64,000 bases of DNA from contig NW_021834194.1 of the NCBI RefSeq assembly GCF_006345805.1, positions 1 through 64,000 on the forward strand, in the 5' to 3' direction. The notes beneath the pieces were generated by a model that was not told the DNA's origin, ran no database searches, and saw only the letters and a list, made by a program, of their open reading frames with translations. This document shows positions 12,412-26,780 of this stretch, one piece after another (positions within the stretch are counted from its first letter, which is position 1; each line of letters begins with the position of its first letter). This stretch comes from Octopus sinensis (Eukaryota). The translations under genes were made by a program, and so were the position numbers.

Positions 12412-13490
12412 AGCTTTACTGCGTCCGGGGATTTTTCCAGTATTGCTTCTGGTGAAGTAGCGAGTTGGACGTTGCCGCTCTTCTTTGTGCCTCCTGCTGC
12501 GATGTGGGTTCATCCGGAATTGCAAATAAAAAGCTGTCTAGGCCATTTTTTGGGGGAGACTTCCATGTCTATACCTTGCAGATCCCTCATGTTCTGTAGT
12601 AGGGCATTAATACTTTATGGTCCCTTGAACCCCATGCTATCACAGTATTGGGTTCGTATCCTCGATGGTGAAGATGGGACCTTTGGTACTATGCAGTACC
12701 ATTCAGTTCGGAGATTGTTGTAGGTTTCGATTCCGAAATTTGGAGCTAGACCCTCCATTATTTTCCATATGTATGGCATGGCATATCTCTCGTGTCTCCT
12801 CTCCAGGGAATAGAGTCCCAGCTCCTTCAACCTCTCCCAGTAGTCCATGTGTTTTACTGAGACTATCGTCTTAGTCTAGTGGCGTTGGATCGCTTCTAGT
12901 TCCGCAATTAGTTTTACACTCTGTGGGGATCACAGATGGGAGCAGTAGTCCAGACAACTGAGGACAAAGGTTCTCCAAAGCAGAAGCATTGTGTCTCTGT
13001 TCCTGATCCTGAAGGATCTAAGGATCCACCCTGCCATCCGCCTGCATAGTGTTGCCATCTGAGCAATGTGCATATGGAGAGTTACGTCGTTGCTCATGTG
13101 GATTTCCAGGTCACGCACCGACTCTAACTCTGGGATTATATTGCCTGCTGTTCGCGTGTTCTTCAGCTGGAGTTTGAGGGCTGATAGTGGAGTGCTTGGA
13201 ATTTTGCGCCGTTGAACTGCATATTCTCATCAGCCCATTTATATATTGCATTCAGGTCATTCTGCAGTCTTAGGATGTCAGGAGGATCCTTGACAGCCTG
13301 CGATAATTTTGTATCCTCGGCGTAGCTGGTGATTGTGATGAAGGTTTCTCTGAGAGAGCAACCACAAACAGCAGCGGTCCCAACACTGTTCGCTGAGGGA
13401 CTCCACCGAGGATTGGTGTCACTTCAGAGAGATCACCATTGGCTGTGACAGCCTGACTTCTGTCCTTCATGAAATCATGCAGCCGCTGAT
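12412..13490 (-). mobile_element. Degenerate CR1-like LINE reverse transcriptase and 3' end
   Basis: GVPQRTVLGPLLF, WILRSFRIRNRDTMLLLWRTFVLSCLDYCS and YWERLKELGLYSLERR, with stops and frameshifts. Confidence 0.9.
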
Positions 13491-14148
13491 GGAGGCGCAA
13501 TGGCCCAGTGGTTAGGGCAGCGGACTCGCGGTCATAGGATCGCGGTTTCGATTCCCAGACCAGGCGTTGTGAGTGTTTATTGAGTGAAAACACCTAAAAA
13601 GCTCCACGAGGCTCCGGCAGGGGATGGTGGTGATCCCTGCTGTACTCTTTCACCACAACTTTCTCTCACTCTTACTTCCTGTTTCTGTTGTACCTGTATT
13701 TCAAAGGGCCGGCCTTGTCACTCTCTGTGTCACGCTGAATATCCCCGAGAACTACGTTAAGGGTGCACGTGTCTGTGGAGTGCTCAGCCACTTACACGTT
13801 AATTTCACGAGCAGGCTGGTCCGTTGATTCGGATCAACCGGAACCCTCATCGTCGGAACCGACGGAGTGCTTCCATCCGAGGCTCCGGCAGGGGATGGTG
13901 GTGATCCCTGCTGTACTCTTTCACCACAACTTTCTCTCACTCTTACTTCCTGTTTCTGTTGTACCTGTATTTCAAAGGGCCGGCCTTGTCACTCTCTGTG
14001 TCACGCTGAATATCCACGAGAACTACGTTAAGGGTACACGTGTCTGTGGAGTGCTCAGCCACTTACACGTTAATTTCACGAGCAGGCTGTTCCGTTGGTC
14101 GGATCAACCGGAACCCTCATCGTCGTAACCGACGGAGTGCTTCCATCC
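13491..14148 (+). mobile_element. tRNA-derived SINE (family C) with its 271-bp body tandemly duplicated
   Basis: The head has A box TGGCCCAGTGG and B box GGTTTCGATTCC. The body GAGGCTCCGGCAGGGG...GAGTGCTTCCATCC occurs at 13608-13878 and 13879-14148. Other heads are at 29082 and 49494. Confidence 0.85.
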
Positions 14149-14516
14149 ATTGTGTATCAGAAAATGTATATAAGTCGAAACAATTTGTTGGGTTTTTATG
14201 TTTTTTTTTCAATAACTGTTTATGTTATTCAATATTATATTATATTCATAGTATATCATGTAATATTATAATATAAATAAATTATTGGATTGTCTATAGT
14301 ATCTCTCTGTTTTATTTTGTAAATATTGGTATAATGCAATATTATACCAATATTTATATGGTATCCAACTGACGTACCAGTGAACTGGATGTTTAACAAA
14401 CACCTTCGAAGGATCTCTTTTCATCTGTTTGTTACTATGTATGTATGTTTTGTATGTATGTATGTATGTATGTATGTATAATGTATATATATATATATAT
14501 ATATATTATATTATAT

Positions 14517-14569
<53 letters not shown>

Positions 14570-14919
14570 CTCTGTCACACACAAGCAAGCACGCCTGCGT
14601 ATGCATTAGCCAATTAATTCGTTTCTTATTTTCCAACATTATTTCAGTTCTCCTCAAAATATATTTATCGCAGACTTTTACGAGTGTTTAGTATCTCTAT
14701 CTATTTTTCTCCTCATTTTAAGTTTATCATTTTGAGAGTTCAATAAATTTTACCACTTTTCAAGAGAATGAAATTGGAGGGTTAAAGAGGATTCATGCCA
14801 GTTCATTCGGGTATTGAACCAGCGGATGGGAGGTTCTCTGATACCGTCGCGAATCACCTACACTCGATGGGTAAGGTCCCAAATCTTATTGCATGGGTAT
14901 CATACGGTCTGAACAAAAG

Positions 14920-15590
14920 AGACACACTCCAGGCTACCCGTGGATACAGGCAGAGATTTCTTTACCCCCGATGCCACTGGTGACTAAAAATGGTGTCTTT
15001 ACGTCAATTTGATGCAGCGGAAAGAATGGCTGGGTTCCGGAAAGCAAGTAAAGAGCTGCATCCATACAAAAACAACGATCTGCGTTAGGTGTGATTGGGA
15101 GGGGATAATCCACGGCGAAATACTGGGGAATAATCCTCCGATCAATGCAGAAATTTACGTTCGGCAAATGCACCAGATGAATGAGGCAATCCCCCCGAAA
15201 CAAGGTGATCGCACGCCCTCACTTCACTAATTTAAAGAAATTATTTTATTCAAAAGCTCGGTTGGGAAGTTCTAGCACACCCACCACATTCTCCTGATAT
15301 AGCACCTTCAGATTATCAACTTTTCGTTCAGTCGCTCTCCGACAATCTACAAGGCATTTCGTTCAACTACGACATGAAGTTGAAAACAAGGCTCGATGAA
15401 TTCTTCAATTACAAAACCAGGAAATTTCTACCGTCAGGGCATTGAAAAGCTAATAAAATATCGGTAAGGAGTTGTGATCAATGAAGGAGAAGATTTTATT
15501 GACTGATTTGGTAAAAATTACGGATGAAAAAATATGGATTAAAATAAATGGGGGGAAAAATGGACGAATTTATCTGAGAATGCGATGTGT
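14920..15590 (+). mobile_element. Degenerate mariner transposase
   Basis: TGD*KWCLY, CDWEGIIHGEIL and LGWEVLAHPPHSPDIAPSDYQLF are mariner catalytic-domain motifs. Confidence 0.88.
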
Positions 15591-15891
15591 GTAACTATTA
15601 TACACGTTGTCTAACCTGAGGCTGTCGCTAAGCTACTACAACCCTTGCGGTCGCAGGGAGCCTCCGCGGCTGAGAGGCCCATGTTAAGATCAAAGAACGT
15701 AGATGAGTCATCTGTTTACTTTGGTTAAAGTGTTGAACAAGAATTAAACTATGTTAACTGAAAATTTCAAGAAATAAAATGGTAATACATTGTAGATGCA
15801 GAAGATCTTTGTAAAAATATTACATTGTACCACGAACGTGAAGCAGATTTTGTGGATTGTCTATGGTATCTATTGAACACGAACCTAGCTC

Positions 15892-16195
15892 TCAGCTTGA
15901 TTAATCTGAACTGATCGATGATTTCACGAAGCGAAAAGTGCGCCGTGTTTGTCTTTGAAAGTTACCTGGATTATAAAAGTGCCCTTTTATTCATATCTGG
16001 AAGTTTTACTGATTGAATAAATTTAACTTTTCGTGTTTTTTAAAGATGTTCTTTAGGGTAACGAGAGATATTGAACAATGAATTTTGATTGAAGGGATGG
16101 GACCTCGAAACAAAATGTTGCAGGGGGTGGCCTCTAAAAGTCATGCAACGGAACTTTAGCTAGCGATACAAATGTACGTGTATATATATATGTGT

Positions 16196-16256
<61 letters not shown>

Positions 16257-18656
16257 TGTGTGTGTGTGTAAACATCAATGTTAATGTCGAAGGTACTTCC
16301 AAACACACACGCACATACTGGAACGGGCACACATACCAGTATGTAAGGGAGGTAATTCTATACATATATTCTTAGAGTGATTTCCCCTGGCAATAAGATT
16401 TCCTGCCTCGTAACATTGCACGGAATAATTTTTCCTCTCGTTCTGACAGTGTCTTTCTGTGTTTCTCTTTATTATTTCCAATCTTAAACAAATAATAATG
16501 ATCCCCTCCTACATGCTGTGTATCAGTGTGATTATATGAAACCCCATCTTTTGATAAGCTTTCCAAATTAATAAATTTATGAAATAATAAATGTGTGATT
16601 ATATTGAAATGAGATTTACCGCATTTGTCAGGTTAAGAACAGTTTCATCTCCAGCTTAGTCGATATGTGGTCGGTTGAGCTGAAAATATGCTCACCCATG
16701 TTAAAAGTGCTGGCGAGTTTGCATGGCAACTATTTTTTTTCCTCAAATGAAAGGCGTGACCTCTAGGACAAAATTCCTCATCTTATAAAATGTGGCCCGA
16801 GTAGACCCGAATGAAATCGGGGGTTATATTAACCAAAATGTGAAAAGGGGTCTAAATGGAGCTGGTAGGGGATTAAAATTTACAGGAGCGGGTGTCTAGC
16901 AATTCTCTGTTACATCAAGCTAAAAAATTTGCGCCAGCCTTTTAAATCGTCAATGTGTTGCCGTCCATGATGAAGAAGTTTTGAATGCTTGCCATGGTGA
17001 GTGTACTGTCGTGAGAAAAAATCACTCCAAAACTTGGTGTTAAGGAATTTTCTTTTACATCAAGTTCAAAATTTTACGCCAGCCGTTAAAGTGCCACTAC
17101 GTTGCTGTCCGTCGTTAAGAAATGCCAGCCATGGTGACTCTACTATCCTCAGATTCTATCCCTTCAAACTTTGGTTTCCAATATTTTTGTTTTATTCAGC
17201 TCGCAAGTTCGTCTGTCCCTTTTAAATGTTAGTGTTTTGCTGTCTGCCTTGAAGCAGACCTTTCCGTTGTCACTGCCTGATATTTATGATTGATCTTTCA
17301 AAATATATTTTTTCTCAAGGAAAAATAAATTATTTTGGTTAATTATTTCCCTGTTATCAGTGAATAATTTAGCTTTCTTGTTTTTGTAAATTATTAATAT
17401 AGAAGATGTAGACATAGGCAGAGTATTTGTAATGTTGTAGCAATCCTCAATATCAGTATAGTCTTTTAAACTGGGGGTATGTAGCTGGTGGTAGTATGAC
17501 AGTTTGGGCCAAAAGTCTTTATTTATTTGAATACAATGTGGTTTGCCGCAATAATCTGTTACCAAAATGGTATCTTTACCAACGGAAATAGAGTGGCATT
17601 TCCTGCCATTGTCCCTCCTTGTCACACCACCTTTAGCTGAAATCCTATAAATTATTTGTCCCTGGAGGACATAGAAATAATTTTGGTAGAGAGATATTAC
17701 TTGGGCGGTGCAGAGAATGGGTCTCTACCTCCCATAACTGTTGGCCATCTAGTTTGTAACAGATTACTCTGTTGATGCTGGTGAATGCAATTAAAAGTAT
17801 ATTCTGAACCCCTACAGCAATATCTGTAGGTGTTTCTTTGGTAATAAATTGACAGTTAATGGTATTATCCTCCCAATCAAATTGGTAAACTGTCTTACCA
17901 AATATTTCTACACCTATAAGTGTAGAATCTTTCAAGTAACTCACCATATGTAACCCCAACTGTATCCTTTTGATCTTGAAGGTTTTAGGGCTGATAATAA
18001 CAATAATTTCTTGGAAGGCGAGGGTTGCCAGAACCATGTCTTCACTGATTCTGGTGAAACTAGTCACAGAAGATGGACAATGGACATCGTTTCTGTCACT
18101 GTCTCTTGTTACTAAACTTATTGTCTTATAATGGTGGGAATATTTCGTCACTCCCTCCTCATGATGACAATATTGGATATTGTGCTTTCCTGAAATTCTT
18201 CTCCAGATTCCTCGATATTTGCTTCTCTGGTCATAACTGGCTGAAGAGGCCGAATTTTTGTGGTTATTTTTGGTGGATCAATGGTTTTGTGTTTGTCTTG
18301 TAGAATATTTCTTTGTAAATAGTGTTCCAGGAACAATTCTAATTTTTCCAAACATAAGAAATTCTTGATTGTAATCGTTTTTTTTAAATTTCTTTCATCA
18401 GAATTTCTATTCTCTGTGTAAAATCTTTTAGAAAAGTATTTTTATCCATTCCTATTCTTTTTAAAAAAAGTACATATTTCTTTCCAAGAATTTATCAACA
18501 AATTAATTTTGTCCTCGTAGGCATTGAATCTTGTATAAAATATATGTTTGTCAAAACTATTTGTCTTCTCATTATTTCCATCTTTTTATGGTCTCCTTTA
18601 TGTCTTTTTTGTTTTGTTGTTGGCTGAGATGAAGCCCGTTTATCGGACATTTCTAT
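15892..18656. repeat. Segmental duplication copy A (direct repeat of 50552-53173)
   Basis: Continuous high identity runs from TCAGCTTGATTAATCTGAACTG to CGGACATTTCTAT, with a few indels. Confidence 0.95.
17284..18656 (-). pseudogene. Frameshifted coiled-coil + beta-propeller-like ORF, copy A (5' truncated)
   Basis: The same peptide pieces as copy B appear (ORFs 18495-18731, 18148-18351, 17645-18151, 17284-17625). It lacks the MEDPREN N-terminus and has extra frameshifts. Confidence 0.5.
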
Positions 18657-18681
18657 TTTCCAAAAATCAAAGCATGTGTAG

Positions 18682-18719
<38 letters not shown>

Positions 18720-18954
18720 AATACAGTCCATACTTGAAAAAGAGACTTTCTTGTATTGAATTTACAAATGATAGAATACAAATTGACAACTACTGAGTCT
18801 GTTGTCTGATCTTCAATTGATTTAGTCTAATATCTCACTGATTAAATAGATATTAAGTTTTATCCTACAGGAGCAACTGGTTCAACAAATTAAAGTGAAA
18901 TGATTTCATTCAAATATTCAATGTTGTATTTTCAAAAACCAGAACATGTGTTGA

Positions 18955-19008
<54 letters not shown>

Positions 19009-19084
19009 TGTGTGTGTTTAATACAGCTTACTTGGCAAATTTGTTCCTTCATCTGGTACAGCTTATTATAGATATATTTTCAGC

Positions 19085-20555
19085 CATTTAATTTGGGGGA
19101 AAACTTAGCTATGAAATATTTTTCCATATTCCTCCTGAAAGAGGAATGTTCTTCAGACATTTGTAGAAGGGAAAGATCTTAAATTTTCCTTCTCCACACG
19201 TAGCTAGGTGTGTACTTAGTGGTATCTTGCGTAGTTCTTCCTGCCAAACATGTCGGTGAATCTTGTATCGCTAGCACAAACAATTTCCAGTTTCACCTAT
19301 GTAATCCTCCTTGCATGTGGGGCAGGTTATACAGTATATAACGTTCTGCGTCTTGCAGTTCATATCTGCATTTACTTTAAATACGTGACCACTTTAAAAT
19401 TTCATCTCTTTGTCTCTTTGTATTTGTAGGTGCGGTTGCTGCAGATCCCATATCTACCATCTCCGCACTCTTTTGCAAAGAATTCAGTTTCAGTTTCTGA
19501 AGAGAATTTCGCTCTTGTTAGGGGTTTCTTTAGGTTTTTGTCCTGTCGTCTACTGTTTTTTATGTAATATTTGTTTAGTATGTTTTCCATTTTGGGGCTT
19601 TGTAAGGCTATTGGCAGGTTTGAATGTATGATTTGGAACATGTTGGTAACTCCAGGATTCTGTATGTTTATAAAAGGGATAATGTTTTCTTTGTTTTTTG
19701 TTTTGGGTGTCCTGAGTTGTGCGATGTCTAGTTTCGTTGCACTTGTGATTCTATTTTCTATTAGTTTAAGGGGGTATTTTTGTTCTGGTAGGAAGTTTTT
19801 AAGTTCATCTAGTCTTATTAGTCGTGTTTGTGAATCAGTTACTAAGCTACATATTCGTCGTGCCATACTATATGGGATGTTTCTTTTGTGGGGGATGGGT
19901 GGCAGGAGTGGAAATTTAAGTATTGGTGTGTGTCAGTTTTTTTGTAGTGGATGTCTGTTGTGATGATGGAGTTGTGTATTTTGATGTTGATATCTAGGAA
20001 GGGAAGTTCGTTGTGGCTGGTATCTATTGTGAAGTTGATAGATGGGTGCAGCGTGTTGAGGATGTTGTGGAATGTTCGTAGGTCTTCTGATCTGTTCCAA
20101 AAGATAAAGCAGTCATCGAGGTAGTGTTTCCACTTTTTCTTGATGTCTTCTCTGGAGTCGTGTTCGAAGACCTTCCCTATTTCATCGTATAGTTTGTTCT
20201 CCAGGAAACCCATCACTAGGTTGGTATATGTAGGTGCAAATTTTGTACCCATAGCCGTGCACTTTATCTGTCGGTATGTCTTGTTGAATGAGAATGTATT
20301 TTCTTCGAGTATTAATTGAGTGGCTTGGGTGATAAAGTTTCTCTTGAAACGTTCGTCTATAAGTTCCCTGTATTTTTCTACCGATTTTTTAATTGCTTCC
20401 AGACCTAGGGTGTGTGGTATGTTTGTGTATTGATTTGTGACATCGAAGCTTGCAAGTATGGTGTTTTTCGGGACTGTATTTGGAATGCATAAAGGCTTGA
20501 GGAGTACATCTATGAAGTAGCTTAGTTGTTGTGTTCGTGCCTGGAGTCCTGCCAC
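19085..20555 (-). mobile_element. Penelope-like element: RT plus GIY-YIG endonuclease, 5' truncated and degenerate
   Basis: SFDVTNQYTNIP, TAMGTKFAPTY, YLDDCF and YLNFHSCHP, followed by VIYCITCPTCKEDYIGETG and ...AKFSPKLN. Confidence 0.9.
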
Positions 20556-20808
20556 TATATATCTTTATATATATATATATATATAATATATAATATATAT
20601 ATATATATATATATTATATATAATATATATATATATATATAGTATATATATATATATATATAATAATATATATATAGTATATATATAATATATATAAATA
20701 TATATATGTAAATATAAAATGGCGGTGCCCCAGCATGGCCACAGCTCATTAGCTGAAACTGGAAAAATCAAAATCAAAATCATATATAAATATATATATG
20801 TATATATG

Positions 20809-20858
<50 letters not shown>

Positions 20859-21048
20859 TATATGTACATATATATATAATGTATATATATATATATATAA
20901 TATATATATGTATATATATATGTATATATATATATATATAATGTATATATATATGTATATATATATATATATATACATATATGTATAATATATATATATA
21001 TGTATATATATATATTATATATATATATATATATATCTATATATATAT

Positions 21049-21082
<34 letters not shown>

Positions 21083-21113
21083 ATCTATATATATATATAT
21101 ACATATATACATA

Positions 21114-21144
<31 letters not shown>

Positions 21145-21157
21145 CATATATACATAT

Positions 21158-21216
<59 letters not shown>
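20556..21216. repeat. (AT)n-rich microsatellite complex, representative of many similar tracts in the window
   Basis: Read directly from the sequence. Similar tracts lie at ~0.2-0.55, 1.3-1.65, 11.1-11.4, 12.1-12.35, 27.4-27.8, 34.1-34.45, 37.97-38.33 and 42.8-42.96 kb. A 20718-20765 LINE-tail remnant is embedded here. Confidence 0.95.
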
Positions 21217-21217
<1 letters not shown>

Positions 21218-22060
21218 TAGCAGAATTGCCCGGCGTTGCTCGGGGCTGAATTGCTTGAAAGTACTGTTAATGATTGCACTGAATTATGATGATTATTCAG
21301 GCAAATATTGATATAAGTTTACGGTGGGAGATAAGGACTTAACGATCAAACGTGTGCCATTGCATTGTTTTGAGGGAACCAAATATCTGATGAGCATTAT
21401 AGGGCACCAACTTTAAGTTTGAGAAAGTGTGCTGGTAGTCCGGGGTGCTCAAAGGAATTGAGTACCTCTATTGGATAGCTGATGACGTCCTCTGGGTCAG
21501 GAGTTGTATCGATAGACTGATATACATAGACTTCCCCAGGAATGAGTTTTAGCATTTCATCATTAATATGGTGAACAGTTTTATTCCTCGGGGCCAGTAT
21601 AGCCTTTTGGCCAATCCAATCCATATTCTGATAATTAGCTTGTAGATCTGGGAACACTGCATCTCTGAGATCAGAAGGCGTCTTAACAAAGGTACAAATG
21701 GAATCGATGGCAATATTACCAGTTTCATCCCCTGGTATTTTGTCTTCGCCAAGTGCAAGGAGGGTGTGAGGAAATGCTGCTGATGTGATATTACGTCGCA
21801 TATGAGCACGCATATTGGTGTGAAGTTTGAGAGTTACTTCCCTTTATTTAAAAAATATGCATTAAAATGGAAAAAATGATGGTAAATTATTTGTAAAATC
21901 GTAGTCTCATCGTAGACGCGCGCTAATACCCAGAAGGGCTCGATATGAATCACGACTATAAGATACCCGGTTTTGGTTAAACTGCATCGCAAAATGTGGG
22001 AGTAGTTAGGAATCTAAATCGGAGTAGACAGACACACAACCTTTCTTTTATATATAAAGA
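21217..22060 (-). mobile_element. Non-autonomous Helitron with intact termini and a PIF1-helicase fragment
   Basis: The 5' end is A|TCTTTATATATAAAAG at 22060. The 3' end is the hairpin CCCGAGCAACGCCGGG followed by CTAG|T at 21217. ORF 21397-21813 contains AILAPRNKTVHHIN...PGLPAHFLKLKVGA. Confidence 0.9.
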
Positions 22061-22745
22061 TTTTCGTCCTAAAAAACTTTGTATGGATTGAATGGTTACC
22101 TCTATAGAAATTTATACACGCACATTATACATACATGTGTGTAAAACAATAAATAAATGCATTTAAATATCTATATACACTTTTGGGCGATCTTTCTTTT
22201 TCTTAGAGATAACTTTAGATCTTATTTTCGTCCTAAAAAACTTTGTATGGAATGAATGGTTACCTCTATGGAAATATATACACACACGTTATACATACAT
22301 GTGTGCATAGATGAATATATAAATACATTTATATATCTATATACACTTTTGGGCGATCTTTCTGCTACTTAGAGATAACTTTAGATCTTATTTTCGTCCT
22401 AAAAAACTTTGTGCGGAGTGAATGGTTACGTCTATGGAAATATATACACACACATTATACATACATCTGTGTATAGATGAATATATAAATACATTTAAAT
22501 ATCTATATACACTTTTGGGCGATCTTTCTGCTACTTGGATATACTTTAGATCTTATATTCGTCCTAAATAACTTTGTATGGAGTGAATGGTTACCTCTAT
22601 GGAAATATATACACACACATTATACATACAGCTGTGTTTAGATGAATATATAAATACATTTAAATATATATATACACTTTTGGGCGATCGTTCTGCTACT
22701 TGGATATACTTCAGATCTTATATTCGTCCTAAAAAACATTGTATG
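22061..22745. repeat. ~165-bp tandem repeat, ~4 copies
   Basis: CGTCCTAAA recurs at 22065, 22229, 22395, 22560 and 22725. Confidence 0.9.
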
Positions 22746-23502
22746 AATTGAAAAAGAAAATGAATTGAAATTTTTAAGAAAGGAATTTGTTTACATACAT
22801 GTGTGAAATGGCAAATGTTTGTGCAGTTGTCCGAAATGGAACCAGGGTAAATGTGTGGAACTGATGTATAATAATGAATAGTCCTTCTTGTTGTGAATAT
22901 TAATTTGATGAATATGAACTGAAAACCAGTGGTTTAGCAAAAAGGATGACCAGTCTGACTGGCTCATCCCTGTCACACACTCACACACAAGCACGCACAC
23001 ACACACACACACGCACCCTCACACACATACACACGCACACACACACACACTCACACACCCGAACACACACACGTTAGCTTACAATTTTATTTATATATTT
23101 GCGTGTCTATGTGTGTAAAGAGGAAATGGGAGTAATATGCAGAGTAAAGGCTTTGAAGTGAAATTGTAGTTTTCTCGAATTTTTTCTGAAATGGGGGTGA
23201 AATTGAAAGAAATTTTGTATGTCATGACCGAATGGAAGTACTTTGAAAAATTATAGGTAAACTCTAATTGAAGAAATTGTGTGAGGAGTAAATCGTTATG
23301 TATTTATTTGTTTCTGTTTGCTGTGGTTTTTTTTTTAGTAGTGGTTTAAGTTACACTTGCAAAGAGAAAGTATGAGAAATTATGGTGATAGCATGAGTGA
23401 TCCGTTTTATATAAATACTTTCACTGTAATCGTTGCACACTTGCAAAGAGAAAGGAGGAGAAATTAGGGTGATAGCATGAGTGAAGCAGATCGCTCCGTT
23501 TT

Positions 23503-23533
<31 letters not shown>

Positions 23534-23774
23534 GTGCTGTAGCCCACACTAAGAAAAGCACTTCACTTACACACCACAATGTGAGTTTTCTCGAAATTTT
23601 GCTTAATTGGGGTTGAAATTTGAAAAACTGTACCTGGCATGACCCGATTTATTCTACTCTTAAAAATGCTAGGTAAATTGTAATTGAAGAAATCCTATAT
23701 TGTAGATTTCTATAAGAGACAAAGGGAGGCAGATAAAATCTGCCTTTTATAACAAGATATATATATATATATAT

Positions 23775-23824
<50 letters not shown>

Positions 23825-23899
23825 AGGGAGAAGAGCAGTTAAAGCCAACTCCATGCGTGTTGAATGGCTGTTGGTATTCAAATATAGAAAAAAACAAGG

Positions 23900-24810
23900 A
23901 CATTTCTCCTTGGTACCAGAAACGATGTAAGGCAGGTGAGATAAATGAAGTCTATTTTATGGTCAGTGTGGTCAATACAAAACTAGTTTCCCTTTTTATG
24001 TACAAACTAAATAAATCAATCTTAGAAGAAAATTCATTTAATTTAGAATCACATTCTACGATCTTCATTTGCATATACCTTATTTTATGAAGAAATATAA
24101 CTATGAAATATATTTACCTTCATTAAAGGTTACCGTAGACTACCCCTCTAAACACCACAGTAATAGATTCCCTGTCCTAGATACTGAGCTGTGGATAGAA
24201 AATACAATGATTAACGGAACTGTTAATCCCTGTTTACCCCACTCACACTTTTGTAAACCTATGGCTAATCTACTGGTAATCCGTAGTGACTCAGTGATGT
24301 CAAGTTCTACCAAAATCAACATTCTCTTGGCAGACTTAGAGTAATGAGGAATGTATCCCCACTATGCCAACCACAAAAAGGACAAGAACATATCCCGCAC
24401 TACATATTCCGAATGCAACGCTCCGGATACACGAAATATGATAGAATCAGCGTATACAAAGGAGCGAAAACAAGATTCGAACGCAACCTATACCGCAACC
24501 TATAGGTTAGAGAGGGACACCAACAAAAGAAATAAAAACAATACTTAGTATGATAACAAGAAATTTCACAGTGTAATGTTTGTTGACGCCACACCTAAGA
24601 ACGAATTAAGTAAGGCATTCAAGAAAATCCTGGCCTTAAGATCAAAGTTGTAGAAAAGACAGGTAGGACTATCAAATCTGTATTATGTAGATCATATCCA
24701 TTTGAAAGAATCACTAGTCAAAATAATTGTGCAGTATGTTCTACAAACCCACATGTGAACTGCAAAACCAAGAGCACTGTATACCAGATTAAGTGCCATA
24801 GTGTCAAATG
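23900..24810 (+). mobile_element. Degenerate Penelope-like RT C-terminus and start of GIY-YIG
   Basis: LKVTVDYPSKH...FPVLD, STKINILLADL, VMFVDATP and C..C...CKTKSTVYQIKC. Confidence 0.7.
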
Positions 24811-24834
24811 GATGGACTGGTGAGATGTCACTGG

Positions 24835-25660
24835 ATTTGATGTTTGGGTGGTAGAATCTCAGATCGCAGAGAACCATGTATGGTCTGAAAGTGGTGGTGT
24901 TTTTTCCACTGCAATATAGAGGATATTGTCTGTGTGGTTACTGAACACCAGGTCCAAGGTGTTTTTGAGACACCTTGTTGGTACACAAACAATTTGGGCC
25001 AGAAAAATCACGGGCATGAAATCAAAAATCAATTCAATTGCTCCCTTATCAGGGGTTGAGGTGGAAAAACCTGGTTTCAAGCTGTTTGTGGACCAGTCAA
25101 CCCTGGGAAGGTTGAAGTCCGCCATCATTAATATGTTGTCAGCATGACACTGATGGACGAAACAAACACCTAATGCTGTTGAGACATTCCTTGAAGCGTA
25201 GAAAAGGAGTTAGGGGTGGCCTATAGAGCCCAAACACTATTAAATTGTTGGTTTTACTAAACACAGAAGCTGCTTCACTGTAGCCATTGCCTCAGCCGAA
25301 AAAGAATCGTACACGAAAATGGCGGTCCCACCCTTTCTTCTGCCGACATGATCTGCACGGATGGCAGTAAAATTCTTCACTCTCACTTCAGCTTCCAAGT
25401 GGAGGTTATTGAAAGGGGTCTCTGTGAGGATGAAAAAAGGAATATCGTGTGGATGGTCATTAACCCAGTCCTCAATAAATTGGATCTGCCATTTCTGGGC
25501 ATTAGTGGAAGTGCTGATGCCTTGTGCATTGAACAAAAATGTTGAGGCGACAGTGGTGACTGATGTTGATTGTTTTGGCGATTTGCTTGTTAATGACAGC
25601 AGTGGGAGTTTGTGTATTTTCCCATTATATGCCAAGTTGGATGGGTAACATTGCAAGCAA
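24835..25660 (-). mobile_element. LINE apurinic-type endonuclease fragment
   Basis: FILTET, RADHVGRRKGGTAIFV, MADFNLPRVDW and PTR...TLDLVFSN. Confidence 0.85.
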
Positions 25661-26780
25661 GCAAGCAAGACTGAAACTGACTTTTAATGTATTATAAGAT
25701 GTTCAGATGTAGGTAACATTCAGATGTAGATATGAATAAAGTTTACTCTCAAATGTTAATAGGAACCGAATTAAACAAGTTTCGCGTAACTTGGAGCAGT
25801 AGTTATTGAGATATTCAGGGTTTGGGGTTTAAATATCCAAAACGGTGCATAATGTGAAAATGCTCCGAATTTAACTTCATCCTGAAAGAAAAGAGACCCT
25901 AACCTTTCGATTAGACAGTGATTTGACGACGAAAAAAATACGATTTGTTTTATTTACAGTGAATATATATATACATACAATATTCAACAGAGTAACAGTC
26001 ATATATACAACTTGAACAGACACACGTATCAGCACATAAACATAAGTTTACATATACTAAACATATACATACATGCAGACACGTCTACACACATAAGTAA
26101 ATACTCACATACAAACATACATACATACAGATTTGGCTGCTATTTTTAGCACGTCCCGTTACTACGCAACATCAATTTGTGATACAAGACCGACATACCT
26201 GTTACGTGGTAGCACAGCATGCGAAAATAGATGCCAAATCTTTCCTTTTCTGGGGGAAAGGAGTCGTTTGCGCGTGGTTTCAATGTCATTCGTTGAAAGC
26301 ATGCGAAATAACTTGGAAAAGAAAAAAAACTCACGAAACAAAACTCCGTTGCTGTAACACTGAGTTTCCCGGTGACCCACGGGTAGTCTAGTATTTATAT
26401 AAGCACAACTCTGTAACGTGACACACATAAAGAAATAAATCATGTAACGATGGAAACGAATTCACGAAAAGAAAAATAAACACTGTTCAATATGTTTGTT
26501 TAAATACGGTTGTAGAAGTAAAAACAGTCCGAAAGGAAAGATTACCCAAGAAGGGAACATTAAATTTAATCATGACACAACTTTGCCGAAAATTTTAAAT
26601 AATTTTAAAGGGTTTTCTTATTTTCGTGAGAATTTGCAGTTTTCAAGTTCTCTTACCTCTTTCCTATCTTTGCCGCCTCCACTCAATCTCTCTCTCTCTT
26701 CCTCCCCCTCTCTCTCTCTCAATATATTTCATCCCGCTCAATGAATACATCATGGACATTATATCACAATATCCTATGTT

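Noticed and set aside
13491-13565. tRNA genes at the SINE heads (also 6285, 29082, 37672, 49494)
   Set aside because: A and B boxes are present, but the heads continue into SINE bodies and lack proper acceptor stems.
20555-21311. Many Y/I/C/V-rich ORFs in the track (also 899-1477, 3524-3976, 11230-12455, 27376-27824, 28176-28572, 37859-38337, 42741-43032)
   Set aside because: They are translations of (AT)n, (AC)n, (TAC)n or (GAA)n microsatellites.
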